NCBI GenBank assembly: GCA_002441285.1
Contig: DJVR01000064.1
Coordinates: 313-64,312 of the forward strand
DNA: 64,000 nt
From: Candidatus Atribacteria bacterium UBA6251
GTDB taxonomy: Bacteria; Atribacterota; Phoenicimicrobiia; Phoenicimicrobiales; Phoenicimicrobiaceae
Direction of reading: 5' to 3'
Numbering within the stretch: the stretch's first letter is position 1; every line of letters begins with the position of its first letter. Positions 9,421-17,865 of this stretch are shown one piece after another. The position numbers and the translations under genes are program-made. The notes under the pieces are model-generated. The model was given only the letters and a program-made list of their open reading frames with translations, was not told the origin of the DNA and made no database searches.

Positions 9421-11091
9421 ATGAAAAAATTACTTTTAGTACTAGTATTGGTCTTCGCTTTTGCACTTCCTGCATTAGCTAACCCCTTTGCCGATGTTCC
9501 ATTAAATCATTGGGCTTATGATGCTGTACAGTCTTTAGCAGCAAAAGGGGTCATTGTAGGTTATCCCGACGGAACCTTTGGTGGTGGGAAAAACCTAACT
9601 CGTTATGAATTTGCTGAAGCAGTAGCTAAAGCCTTAGCTTACGTAGAAGGTATGGATTTTGCCTCTGCTGAAGATGTAGCTATTCTGGAGAAATTAGCTA
9701 TTGAATTTGCAGATGAACTAGCAAATCTTGGGGTGACTGTTGCTGATTTAGAAGCTGCAGTTGGCGCAAATTCTGAAGCCATTGCAGCTTTAGAAGAGAA
9801 AGTAGCCAAACACGAGAAATTCTTTGAACCATTAACTATTACCGGTCAATTTAGAGTAACTTACGACAAGGACGTTCTCCCCACTTCAGCCACTGCTACT
9901 CTAGTAGATCGTACCAGACTATGGTTTAAAGCAGAAATTAATGATACCACTTCAGCAGGAATTAGACTACAGGCTCAGAATACTATTTATGGTACCCCTG
10001 CTATCACCTGGAGCAATTTCTGGCTTGAACACAATGGAGAAAATCTTTTCCTGAGAGTAGGAGATGTATTACCTGATGCCATCGGTTTAGGTTTAATTGC
10101 TTACTACGGAAAAGATGAATGCAGTTCCTACAACTTTGATGGATTTTTAGCCAAGTGGACCTGGGACGATGTTACTGATACTGATTTAGGTAACTGGACT
10201 TTCTTCGGCGATGTGGAAGATTACTATACTTTACACGTAGCCACCACTCTCGGTGAAAAAGATGAAGTCGATTTAGGTCTTACTGCTTCTTATGATTTAG
10301 CTGCTGGTGGTTATGCTGGTGGTGTAGACTTGGCTTTTGATCTCGGTGAAGAAGATGAAGTATCTATTGGTTTAGAAGGTGGAGTATTCTATGATCCTGT
10401 AGCTGCTGCCCTTTCTTATGCAGCTGCTGTTGATGTCGGAGCTTCCCTCGATGATCTAGCTCTTTCTTTAGGTGCATGGTATGTACTTCCTGGTTTTGCT
10501 CCTACTATGACCGATTATAGTGCAGATACATTAGGTGGCTATGTCCAGGCAAAATACCCCTTCGATGAAGAATTTACTGGAAAGGTAAAATTCACCTATG
10601 AGATGGATTCTGCCTTAACTGCTCCAACTACTCAGAAGGTAAGAGGTACTTTAAACTATGTTCCTGAGGATGGTGCTAAGGATGAAAAGGCAGAAGTCTA
10701 CTTAGAATACAACTTCTTAACTGCTGCTGTTACCGCCTTCGGAAAATATATGAACTATCCATTAGCTGATGACTTTGTATTGAGTGGCTTTGTAAAATAT
10801 GTCTATCCTACCAACAATTATGTAGGAGCAGCTACTTTAGAATATAAATTAGCTGATGATATGGATCTAATGGTTGAAGGTCGTGTAGATAGTGATGGAG
10901 CAGCCCTCTGGAGCGCTGAAGCACAAGTAACCTATGCTATTGCTACTAATACTAAGTTGACCTTTGGTTTTGAAATGAACGATTGGAGTGATAACCTCAA
11001 GGATTACGATCCGATAGATACTTGCGAAGATCAGACTACTATACTTGATAATGTTGGCACTCTGAAGGCTCAACTAACCGTAAGCTTCTAA
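9421..11091 (+). CDS. SLH-domain outer membrane porin (OmpM/Mep45/Slp-like OM-peptidoglycan tether)
   Basis: Signal peptide and an N-terminal SLH motif (FADVPLNHWAYDAVQSLAAKGVIVGYPDGTFGG...TRYEFA). Then a coiled-coil stalk and a long amphipathic beta-strand region ending ...LKAQLTVSF. Codon usage is visibly biased (GCT/GGT/GAT/ACT), with a strong RBS aaggagg. Confidence 0.85.
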   Translation: MKKLLLVLVLVFAFALPALANPFADVPLNHWAYDAVQSLAAKGVIVGYPDGTFGGGKNLTRYEFAEAVAKALAYVEGMDFASAEDVAILEKLAIEFADELANLGVTVADLEAAVGANSEAIAALEEKVAKHEKFFEPLTITGQFRVTYDKDVLPTSATATLVDRTRLWFKAEINDTTSAGIRLQAQNTIYGTPAITWSNFWLEHNGENLFLRVGDVLPDAIGLGLIAYYGKDECSSYNFDGFLAKWTWDDVTDTDLGNWTFFGDVEDYYTLHVATTLGEKDEVDLGLTASYDLAAGGYAGGVDLAFDLGEEDEVSIGLEGGVFYDPVAAALSYAAAVDVGASLDDLALSLGAWYVLPGFAPTMTDYSADTLGGYVQAKYPFDEEFTGKVKFTYEMDSALTAPTTQKVRGTLNYVPEDGAKDEKAEVYLEYNFLTAAVTAFGKYMNYPLADDFVLSGFVKYVYPTNNYVGAATLEYKLADDMDLMVEGRVDSDGAALWSAEAQVTYAIATNTKLTFGFEMNDWSDNLKDYDPIDTCEDQTTILDNVGTLKAQLTVSF

Positions 11092-11120
11092 TTAGAGAAG
11101 TTTTAAAAAGTTAAATTAAA

Positions 11121-11153
11121 TAACCCCCGAAAAATTTCGGGGGTTATTTTTTT
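11121..11153 (+). terminator. Rho-independent terminator of the porin gene
   Basis: TAACCCCCGAAA-aa-TTTCGGGGGTTA stem followed by a T7 run. Confidence 0.85.
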
Positions 11154-11360
11154 ATGGCTATTTCTATTGCGGAGATTCCCAAATTATATTATAATTTAAT
11201 TAGTTACTTGGTTAGATAGTTATCTAGTTAATCTGGTTAATTAGTTGGTAAATAAGTTCCCAGTTAATTAAATAATTACTAAACCAACCAAAACAGTCTC
11301 TATCTATTTTTTCTTAACCATTTAACCAACCAGCTAATTAACAGTTTTTAAATTTTTATA

Positions 11361-11409
11361 TTAACTAACTAATTAACTAACTAACCAGTTAACCATTTAA
11401 CTAACTAAC
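11361..11409. repeat. Octamer-periodic tract (CTAACTAA-like units x6)
   Basis: ttaactaa|ctaattaa|ctaactaa|ccagttaa|ccatttaa|ctaactaa, ending just before the RBS aaaggtgg. The complementary-type words (ttagttac ttggttag ...) lie at about 11201-11260. Confidence 0.8.
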
Positions 11410-11428
11410 AAAAAGGTGGTGGCTATAA

Positions 11429-12361
11429 ATGATATTTAAAAAATCATTTGCTCTTCTTTTGGTAATTATTTTTATCTTTACTTCAGTTTTAGCTAATTTT
11501 TCTTGGGCTGCTGAGGTATCTCAGAAGGCCTTGTTGGCAGATTTATCCCAGATAGAAAAGACTATCTATGGTACAATTTCTACTCAGCCTCTAGTCGAAC
11601 GAGTAGAATACTTAGAAAAAGAAATGGTAGGACGCACTCTTCCCGGAACTATTACCAATAGAGTTAAACAATTGAAAGATTTCGTTATTACTGGCACAAT
11701 GGAAGAACCTTCACTTATCTTCAAAATCAATACTTCCCAGTGGACTCTGGATAACCAGATTTCTAATCAACCTTTAATTACCAAGATTGAAAATTTAGAA
11801 AATTTATTATTTGGTAAAACCTCTGAAGATGTCCTAGCTATGAGAGCAGAAGCAATCTTTAGTCTTTGTTTCAAAGAAGGAAAACCACAATTTACCGAAG
11901 TCATTCTTCCGGCTGGGACCTTAATATTAATCAAGTTCCTTAATCAAGTAAGTTCAAATAAGAGCGAGGAAGGAGAAACTTTTAATTTCCAAGTGGCAGA
12001 AAATATTTTCATAGAAGAAAAACTGGTTATTCCAGCCAATACCCAGGGGGTCGGGAAGGTTTCGGAAGCCAAAAAAGCTACTTTATTGGCTCGTCCGGGG
12101 AAATTGACTCTGGAATTTGAAAAGATTTCTGCATTAGATGGTACTCCCTTACAATTAGTGTTAGGGGAGGAAGCCAAAGAAGAGAATAAAAGGATAGCAG
12201 TAGCAGTAGGAGTGGGTGTTTTGGGTTTAATTATCTTAAGTAATCCAGTGGGCTTAATTGCTGGAGCATTAGTTCCTGGTAAGAATGTGAAGATTGAGGA
12301 AGGGACTGAAATGTTCCTGCAAATTGAACAGGATACCCCAGTTATTGCCTTAGTGCCATAA
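11429..12361 (+). CDS. Hypothetical secreted/membrane protein with a glycine-zipper-like TM segment
   Basis: Signal peptide (FSWAAEV). The C-terminal region carries AVAVGVGVLGLIILSNPVGLIAGALVPG. No family recognised. Confidence 0.55.
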   Translation: MIFKKSFALLLVIIFIFTSVLANFSWAAEVSQKALLADLSQIEKTIYGTISTQPLVERVEYLEKEMVGRTLPGTITNRVKQLKDFVITGTMEEPSLIFKINTSQWTLDNQISNQPLITKIENLENLLFGKTSEDVLAMRAEAIFSLCFKEGKPQFTEVILPAGTLILIKFLNQVSSNKSEEGETFNFQVAENIFIEEKLVIPANTQGVGKVSEAKKATLLARPGKLTLEFEKISALDGTPLQLVLGEEAKEENKRIAVAVGVGVLGLIILSNPVGLIAGALVPGKNVKIEEGTEMFLQIEQDTPVIALVP

Positions 12362-12370
12362 TAAAAGAAT

Positions 12371-12442
12371 AAAAGAGGAAAGTCTACTTTTATATAATGC
12401 ATAAAAGTAATATAAGCACATAAAAGTATTCTGTCCCCTTTT
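12371..12442. repeat. Family B inverted-repeat element copy 1 (arms AAAAGAGGAAAGTCTACTTTTA / TAAAAGTATTCTGTCCCCTTTT)
   Basis: Fills the gap between the convergent stop codons at 12361 and 12453. Arms match the family consensus AAAAGGGGACAGGCTACTTTT. Confidence 0.8.
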
Positions 12443-12452
12443 ATTCTCCCAA

Positions 12453-13688
12453 TTAATATTCTACAATGGTGAAAGTTGAATCAGTAGGGTAAACTTGGAC
12501 TTCCTGGGTAATATCAATACTGGTTAATAGATTATCCAATTCTGTAACCCAGTTTTTTATATAGAGATAGGCTTCCTGCAAGCTGACCCTGGTATCCAGA
12601 TTAGTATCCGCTGGGTAACTACCAGAGTAACCGCAACCCTCACATAAAGCCATAGAAAAGACTGCGAAAGGATCGAAGGTTTCTGGTATTATTGGAGAAA
12701 TTTCCATACATTGTTGGTAGTAATGACAGGAAGTTAAGACTTGGTATTGATTTGTGGTAAGTAATCCTTTAGATGGAGCTTGATGAAAAACCTTAATGAG
12801 CTCATTATTAAATGAGTACAATTCTTCTTGAAGTTTTTTTATTTCCTGATATTTTTTACCGATAAAACCTCCAGAATGGCAGGCATCAATAAAGACTACT
12901 TTTATTCCTGGGATAGCGCTTAAAGCATTTTCTAATTCATTTACACTTATAGCTGTATTTACAAAAAAAGTCATATCCGCGGGACAAAGATAAGAAGTGT
13001 TTTTTAATAGCATTCCGTGTCCGCTAAAATAAAAATAGGAAATATCATTATTATCTGCACCTAAAAAACAGGAAGTAATATTCTGCAGGATATTTGATTT
13101 GGTAGCTTGCCAGTCCTTTAAATACCAAATATTAGAAAATAAAGTGTTTGAAGAACCAAAACTGCATTTACTAAGAATATAACACATTCTATCCACATCA
13201 TAAGGCGGGGAAGATAAGTCATTATCACTACCCCAAATATAATTACCTACTCCCACACAAAGAGCTCGATATACTACTTCATTTTGAGTGACAGCAACTG
13301 CCATTGTATCCGATTTGCTTATATTTCCTTCTGTGTAAGTGACTAAGATAATAGTTGTTCCTACTGATATTCCAGTAATTAATCCGTTTGAGTCAACACT
13401 GGTACAATCAGGGTTAGCACTGGAAAAAATACAATTGTTAAGCTTTATGTCTGCTGAGCTAAAATCAGAATAATAAGCAGTCACTGAGGTAATGTATTTT
13501 GATTCTCCCACCTTTAATTCTATAGTCTCAGGTTGAATCTCTATTTTAGTAAGGTAAGGGAGTAAAGTAGTGGAATTAGATGGATTAGGAGGATAGAGAT
13601 ATCTCCAGCAACCGACAAAACATATTAAAAAAGCCAGTAGAAAGAAAAAAATTAATAAATTTTGATTAAAGAATCTTTGTTTATACAT
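12453..13688 (-). CDS. Secreted caspase-family (peptidase C14) protein with N-terminal Big_2-like Ig domain
   Basis: Catalytic motifs YFYFSGHGMLL (His) and VVFIDACHSGGF (Cys). The N-terminal hydrophobic segment ends FVGC (lipobox-like). Big_2-like segment: IEIQPETIELKVGESKYITSVTAYY...GTTIILVTY. Confidence 0.85.
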   Translation of the reverse strand: MYKQRFFNQNLLIFFFLLAFLICFVGCWRYLYPPNPSNSTTLLPYLTKIEIQPETIELKVGESKYITSVTAYYSDFSSADIKLNNCIFSSANPDCTSVDSNGLITGISVGTTIILVTYTEGNISKSDTMAVAVTQNEVVYRALCVGVGNYIWGSDNDLSSPPYDVDRMCYILSKCSFGSSNTLFSNIWYLKDWQATKSNILQNITSCFLGADNNDISYFYFSGHGMLLKNTSYLCPADMTFFVNTAISVNELENALSAIPGIKVVFIDACHSGGFIGKKYQEIKKLQEELYSFNNELIKVFHQAPSKGLLTTNQYQVLTSCHYYQQCMEISPIIPETFDPFAVFSMALCEGCGYSGSYPADTNLDTRVSLQEAYLYIKNWVTELDNLLTSIDITQEVQVYPTDSTFTIVEY

Positions 13689-13791
13689 AACAAAAACTTC
13701 TAAATAAAGAATAAAGATAGTCTTTATACTATATATAATTATTCGATAAGGTTAAAAAAATCTTTTTACCTAAAAATTATTTATTTGATTA

Positions 13792-13852
13792 AAAAAGGGA
13801 CTGTTTACTTCTAAACTGAGATATAGTATAAAAGTAGCCTGTCCCCTTTAAA
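13792..13852. repeat. Family B inverted-repeat element copy 2
   Basis: Arms AAAAAGGGACTGTTTACTT and AAAAGTAGCCTGTCCCCTTTAAA. Lies downstream of the minus-strand lipoprotein gene and upstream of the caspase gene. Confidence 0.75.
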
Positions 13853-13887
13853 TAATTTTCATTATTAGATCCAGATTAAGTTAAAGA

Positions 13888-14208
13888 TTAAGGATAAAGA
13901 TACACATAGTTTACTCCAGCATGAATATATCTTGTGACATAATAATAGCCCCACCAATAACCATCGACATCAATTGCTTCAAAGAAGTGATTTCCTATTG
14001 GAACATTATATAAGACATAAGTCCCTGGTGCAACTCCCGAGAACTTTTGAGTGTAATCCATCCAAATGTTATAATACCAGGAACCTGATACCACTATATA
14101 AACTGTTCCTGTAGTCGGATAAGTTGGTACACATCCTGTAAATGCGAGTGACAAAAATGCAATTACTACTAATACCAGAATACCTTTTACTAAAACATTC
14201 TTTTTCAT
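13888..14208 (-). CDS. Small Tyr/Trp-rich lipoprotein (PEGA-like beta-sandwich?)
   Basis: Lipobox LAFTGC. 106 aa and very aromatic-rich (GYWWGYYYVTRYIHAGVNYVYLYP). Strong RBS (gaggaggtg on the minus strand). Confidence 0.7.
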   Translation of the reverse strand: MKKNVLVKGILVLVVIAFLSLAFTGCVPTYPTTGTVYIVVSGSWYYNIWMDYTQKFSGVAPGTYVLYNVPIGNHFFEAIDVDGYWWGYYYVTRYIHAGVNYVYLYP

Positions 14209-14513
14209 TAAAATTCACCTCCTCTCGGATCTTTATTAGTATTATACAGTATCTTCCTAAAAAAATCCTCTTTTTTGTGAAAAATATTTCGATTTCCCCT
14301 ACAAAATTAGAATCAAATATGGTTTTCCCAAGAATACTATCCAGGTTTTTAATAAAGTACTTAATTTTTAAGTGTTTAGACTTTATAGTTATAATATGTT
14401 ATATTATTATAAGTGATTTATTATATTAAATTTTTTACCATAAACAGAATTTTCAACTAAATAACAAAAGAACCAACTAACTAATTAACCAAAAAAGGAG
14501 TCCTCATAAATAA

Positions 14514-15746
14514 ATGCATAGTAAAAATATTTTAATTTTTTCCCTTATCTGTCTATTAATATTATCTATCAATCTAACTGGCTGTTATTTATTCCCTCCC
14601 TCTAATCTCCCTGAATGGACGGTAATGGTCTATCTTGATGCTGATAATGATTTAGAAAGTTATGGGATTAAGGATATCAATGAAATGGAAATGGTCGGTT
14701 CTAGTTCCCAGGTAAATATATTGGTACAAATAGACCGTATTCCTTATAATGTATTAAATTCTCTCTATATAGGGTATCTGGATGATTTTTCTAACAGCAA
14801 CTGGTCTACTACCCGTAGATATTATATTACTCAAGATATGGACCTCAATCTGATAAATTCCCCCTTACTGGCTGATTTAGGCGAATTAAATATGGGAGAT
14901 CCTCAAACCTTGATTGACTTTGTTAGTTGGGCAATTACTAACTATCCAGCCAGGAAGTATTTGCTGGTACTCTGGAATCATGGTGGTGGATTTAGGAGTG
15001 TATCTTTTACTACTAAAGATATTTGCTGGGATTATAGTAACGGTTTGGATAAAATTACTATGCCAGAATTGGCGGATGCTCTTTCAGTAATTAGCAGTCA
15101 GGCTGCTGGGAAAATAGATATATTAGGGATGGATGCCTGTCTTATGGCTATGACGGAAGTTGCTTATCAGGTGAAAGACTTTACCGAAATTATGGTAACT
15201 TCCCAGGAATATGTACCAGCTGAGGGCTGGCCTTATGAGGCTATTTTAGCTGAACTAATTGCCAATCCATCTATGTCTAAAGAAGAACTAGCTACTCAAA
15301 TTGTAGATAAATATATTTTATCTTATCCTTTTAAAAATGTTACCTGTTCAGCAACTGATTTAAGTCAGATGGATATTTTAGCTGGAGAAGTATCTGCACT
15401 GGCTCAAGCGGTAATAGCTGATAATTCTACTTCGAAAAATATATATTTACAATGTGGCCAGCAAAGTCAGTATTTTTCTGATCCTGATTTTGTAGATTTA
15501 TATGATCTTTGTCAACAGTTTTTAAATTATTCTAATAATATAGAGGTAAAAAATATAGCCACCAGCATTCAGCAGACTTTAAATTATGCACGCCTTAAAT
15601 CTGTAAATAATGGGGGAGCACTAAAAGATGCCAATGGTCTTTCCATCTATTTCCCCTGGTATCGTGGTTATTCCAGTTATTATAATTTAACTGATTTTGC
15701 TCAGGATACTACCTGGGATGAAATGCTTTTACATTTAGGGCTTTAA
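14514..15746 (+). CDS. Clostripain-family (peptidase C11) lipoprotein
   Basis: Lipobox LTGC, WTVMVYLDADNDLE, and the catalytic His/Cys context LVLWNHGGGF and LGMDACLMAMTEVAYQ. Confidence 0.85.
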   Translation: MHSKNILIFSLICLLILSINLTGCYLFPPSNLPEWTVMVYLDADNDLESYGIKDINEMEMVGSSSQVNILVQIDRIPYNVLNSLYIGYLDDFSNSNWSTTRRYYITQDMDLNLINSPLLADLGELNMGDPQTLIDFVSWAITNYPARKYLLVLWNHGGGFRSVSFTTKDICWDYSNGLDKITMPELADALSVISSQAAGKIDILGMDACLMAMTEVAYQVKDFTEIMVTSQEYVPAEGWPYEAILAELIANPSMSKEELATQIVDKYILSYPFKNVTCSATDLSQMDILAGEVSALAQAVIADNSTSKNIYLQCGQQSQYFSDPDFVDLYDLCQQFLNYSNNIEVKNIATSIQQTLNYARLKSVNNGGALKDANGLSIYFPWYRGYSSYYNLTDFAQDTTWDEMLLHLGL

Positions 15747-15761
15747 TGATATTATTATAAT

Positions 15762-16355
15762 ATGCGAAGAAGTAAAAATATTTGGTTGATAATAATTTTA
15801 ATCATTTTTCTATCTATAGGGGCATATTTTTATTTTTTTTCTAACCGAGAAAAAGATAAGGAGCTAGAACAGCCAAAGGAAGAAAAAAAAGAGATAGCTG
15901 AAGAAGAGGTCATCGTTAATGAAGCCCCGGTCAGGATTGAACAGGGAAGAGTAGTGGGAATGAAAGGCGGGGTAAAAGAGTGGGAGATAGAAGCAGAAAA
16001 GATCTCTTTAGCCCAGGACAGAAAAATGACTGTTTTTGAGAAGATTAACAAGGCGATTATCTTTAGAGACAATGAGCCTTACTGGAATATTCAATTAGAG
16101 AAATGTATTGCAGATATGGGTAGTAATAATATGGAATTAATAGGCGGAGTAATCTTTGAATCAAAAGAAGGAGATATTTTAAAGGGGAATAGATTTTACT
16201 GGAATTCACAAGACCAAACCTTATCCAGCTTAGAGCCTGTGGAACTGCTAGTAGAAGATAATTGGATAATCGCAGATTGGATGAGCACTGACATAGAATT
16301 AAATATGCTCGAATTGGAGGGAAAAGTAAAGGCAGTTTTTAAAATTAAAGGATAG
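15762..16355 (+). CDS. LptC-like bitopic protein (tentative)
   Basis: 197 aa with a single N-terminal TM helix followed by a beta-rich domain. Called from size, topology and position upstream of an OstA/LptA-like gene. No diagnostic motif could be checked by eye. Confidence 0.45.
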   Translation: MRRSKNIWLIIILIIFLSIGAYFYFFSNREKDKELEQPKEEKKEIAEEEVIVNEAPVRIEQGRVVGMKGGVKEWEIEAEKISLAQDRKMTVFEKINKAIIFRDNEPYWNIQLEKCIADMGSNNMELIGGVIFESKEGDILKGNRFYWNSQDQTLSSLEPVELLVEDNWIIADWMSTDIELNMLELEGKVKAVFKIKG

Positions 16356-16385
16356 AATATCTTATTTAAAAGAGATGGAAAGAGA

Positions 16386-16721
16386 ATGAATAAAGAGAGA
16401 TTAAAAAAATCTATTATATCTTTATACCAAAAAATAGATCCAGAAAGAATAATTCTGTTTGGTTCTTGGTGTAAAGCAGAACAAGATCAATACAGCGATG
16501 TAGACAGGATCATAATTTATGATACTAAAAAGAGGGTTTTAGATAGATTAAAAGAGCTTTACCTTTTATGGAATATCCCCATTGCCTTTGATTTGCTTGC
16601 TTATACCCCACAAGAATTTGAAAAGATGCTGAAAGAAAAAAATCCCTTTATTGAAAGAATAAAAAAAGAAGGAGAGGTTGTCTATGAAAGACTCGGACAA
16701 GAAAGCACTTCGCTGGTTTAA
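16386..16721 (+). CDS. Nucleotidyltransferase-domain protein (MNT-type antitoxin)
   Basis: The LFGSWCKAEQDQYSDVDRIIIY motif (GS...DxD), 111 aa, overlapping the start of a HEPN remnant. Confidence 0.8.
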   Translation: MNKERLKKSIISLYQKIDPERIILFGSWCKAEQDQYSDVDRIIIYDTKKRVLDRLKELYLLWNIPIAFDLLAYTPQEFEKMLKEKNPFIERIKKEGEVVYERLGQESTSLV

Positions 16722-17108
16722 GCACTCAGAAGATGACCTTGAAATGGTAAGATGGTTGAATGTTGAATAAAGAAAAAAATTTTTTAGATAAAGGATGTTT
16801 TATAGCTCAGCAAACTGGAAAAAAACATTGAAATCCGGACTTTATACTTAAGGAGAAAGAATAGTAATAAGGCATTCTTTTAAGAATTTTTTGAAAAAAT
16901 AAGAAATGAAGTTTTAGAATTTTAGGAAATTAGGGATGAATGTAGGAGGTTAGATCGTGATTATATTCCTACCAGATATCCTAATGGTTTACCTGGTGGA
17001 ATACCTTTTCAGTATTTTATGGAAAGTGATATAAAAAGTGCTTTAAAAGATAAGGAAAAGGTTTTAAATTTTTATAGGATATTTCTCCAGAAGAAAGGAG
17101 GGTTATAA
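16684..17108 (+). pseudogene. Decayed HEPN-domain toxin gene (partner of the MNT gene)
   Basis: ATG 16684 gives MKDSDKKALRWFKHSEDDLEMVRWLNVE, then TAA at 16768. Further HEPN-like pieces lie in other frames (CFIAQQTGKK...). The C-terminal fragment LDRDYIPTRYPNGLPGG... runs 16950-17108. Confidence 0.7.
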
Positions 17109-17113
17109 ATAAA

Positions 17114-17815
17114 TTGAAAAATATTCAAAAAACCTATTTTATTAAAATTATTGTTTTGCTTTTTAGCTTATTTTTAATAGTAACTTTATCTTCAGTGGTG
17201 GTTTTGGCACAAAAAGCAGAAAGCGAAGAAGGAAAAGAGGCAACAGAAACTACAGTAAGTATAGAGGCGGATAAGGTTCTTTATGATAAGAGTATGGATA
17301 AGATGAACTTTCAAGGAAATTTAAGAATTTTGCAGGAGGATATTGTTTTAACGGCAGAGGAAGCTGAATTTGATGTGAACCAGAAGATTGGGCAGATTAA
17401 GAACAATATTAAGTTGGTGCAGAAAGATATCACCATTACTGGTGAAGCTCTGGAAGCATTTCTTAATGATAAAAGATATATCTTCCAGGGAGAAGTAAAA
17501 CTAATTCAAGAACGCAAAGATGAAGAAGGAAAAGAAGATAATATTATCTGGAATGCCCCTCAATTGGAGATTTTGGCTGATAGCAAAGATATTACTGCTA
17601 CCGGAGGAGTAAAGATTTTAAAGAAGGACTATACTATTACAGCAGAGCAGGCAGTTTATAATGATCAGGAACAGAAGATAGAACTAAAAGGAAAAGTAAA
17701 GATAGAAGAAGAGGAAAGTAATCGCTGGATCTCCGGTGATCAAGCTATCTTTTTTATCGAATCTGAAAGATTAGAAGTCACCGGCAATGTACATAGCGGC
17801 CTCAAATTAGACTAA
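17114..17815 (+). CDS. LptA/OstA-like periplasmic protein
   Basis: Signal peptide and repeated OstA-like strands (IEADKVLYDKSMDKMNFQGNLRILQEDIVLTAEEAEFD...). TTG start after the RBS aaaggaggg. Confidence 0.65.
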   Translation: MKNIQKTYFIKIIVLLFSLFLIVTLSSVVVLAQKAESEEGKEATETTVSIEADKVLYDKSMDKMNFQGNLRILQEDIVLTAEEAEFDVNQKIGQIKNNIKLVQKDITITGEALEAFLNDKRYIFQGEVKLIQERKDEEGKEDNIIWNAPQLEILADSKDITATGGVKILKKDYTITAEQAVYNDQEQKIELKGKVKIEEEESNRWISGDQAIFFIESERLEVTGNVHSGLKLD

Positions 17816-17849
17816 TGTAAAAAAAAGTGCCAGGCACTTTTTTTTACAT
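17815..17849. repeat. Family A palindrome copy 2 (perfect)
   Basis: ATGTAAAAAAAAGTGCCAGGCACTTTTTTTTACAT, starting at the last base of the preceding stop codon. Confidence 0.9.
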
Positions 17850-17865
17850 CGAGAGGGAGAAGGAA

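Noticed and set aside
14142-14429. 95-aa ORF in the divergent spacer between the small lipoprotein and the C11 peptidase genes. Similar ORFs are at 28906..29127, 61098..61310 and 63066..63293.
   Set aside because: They overlap the 5' end or RBS of real genes or lie in promoter/terminator DNA. They have low-complexity Ile/Leu/Phe/Lys-rich translations and no RBS.
17827-17865. Track start codon of the lipoprotein ORF (MPGTFFYIEREKE...).
   Set aside because: These codons are the right arm of the family A palindrome. The downstream ATG at 17866 has an RBS and yields a standard lipoprotein signal peptide.
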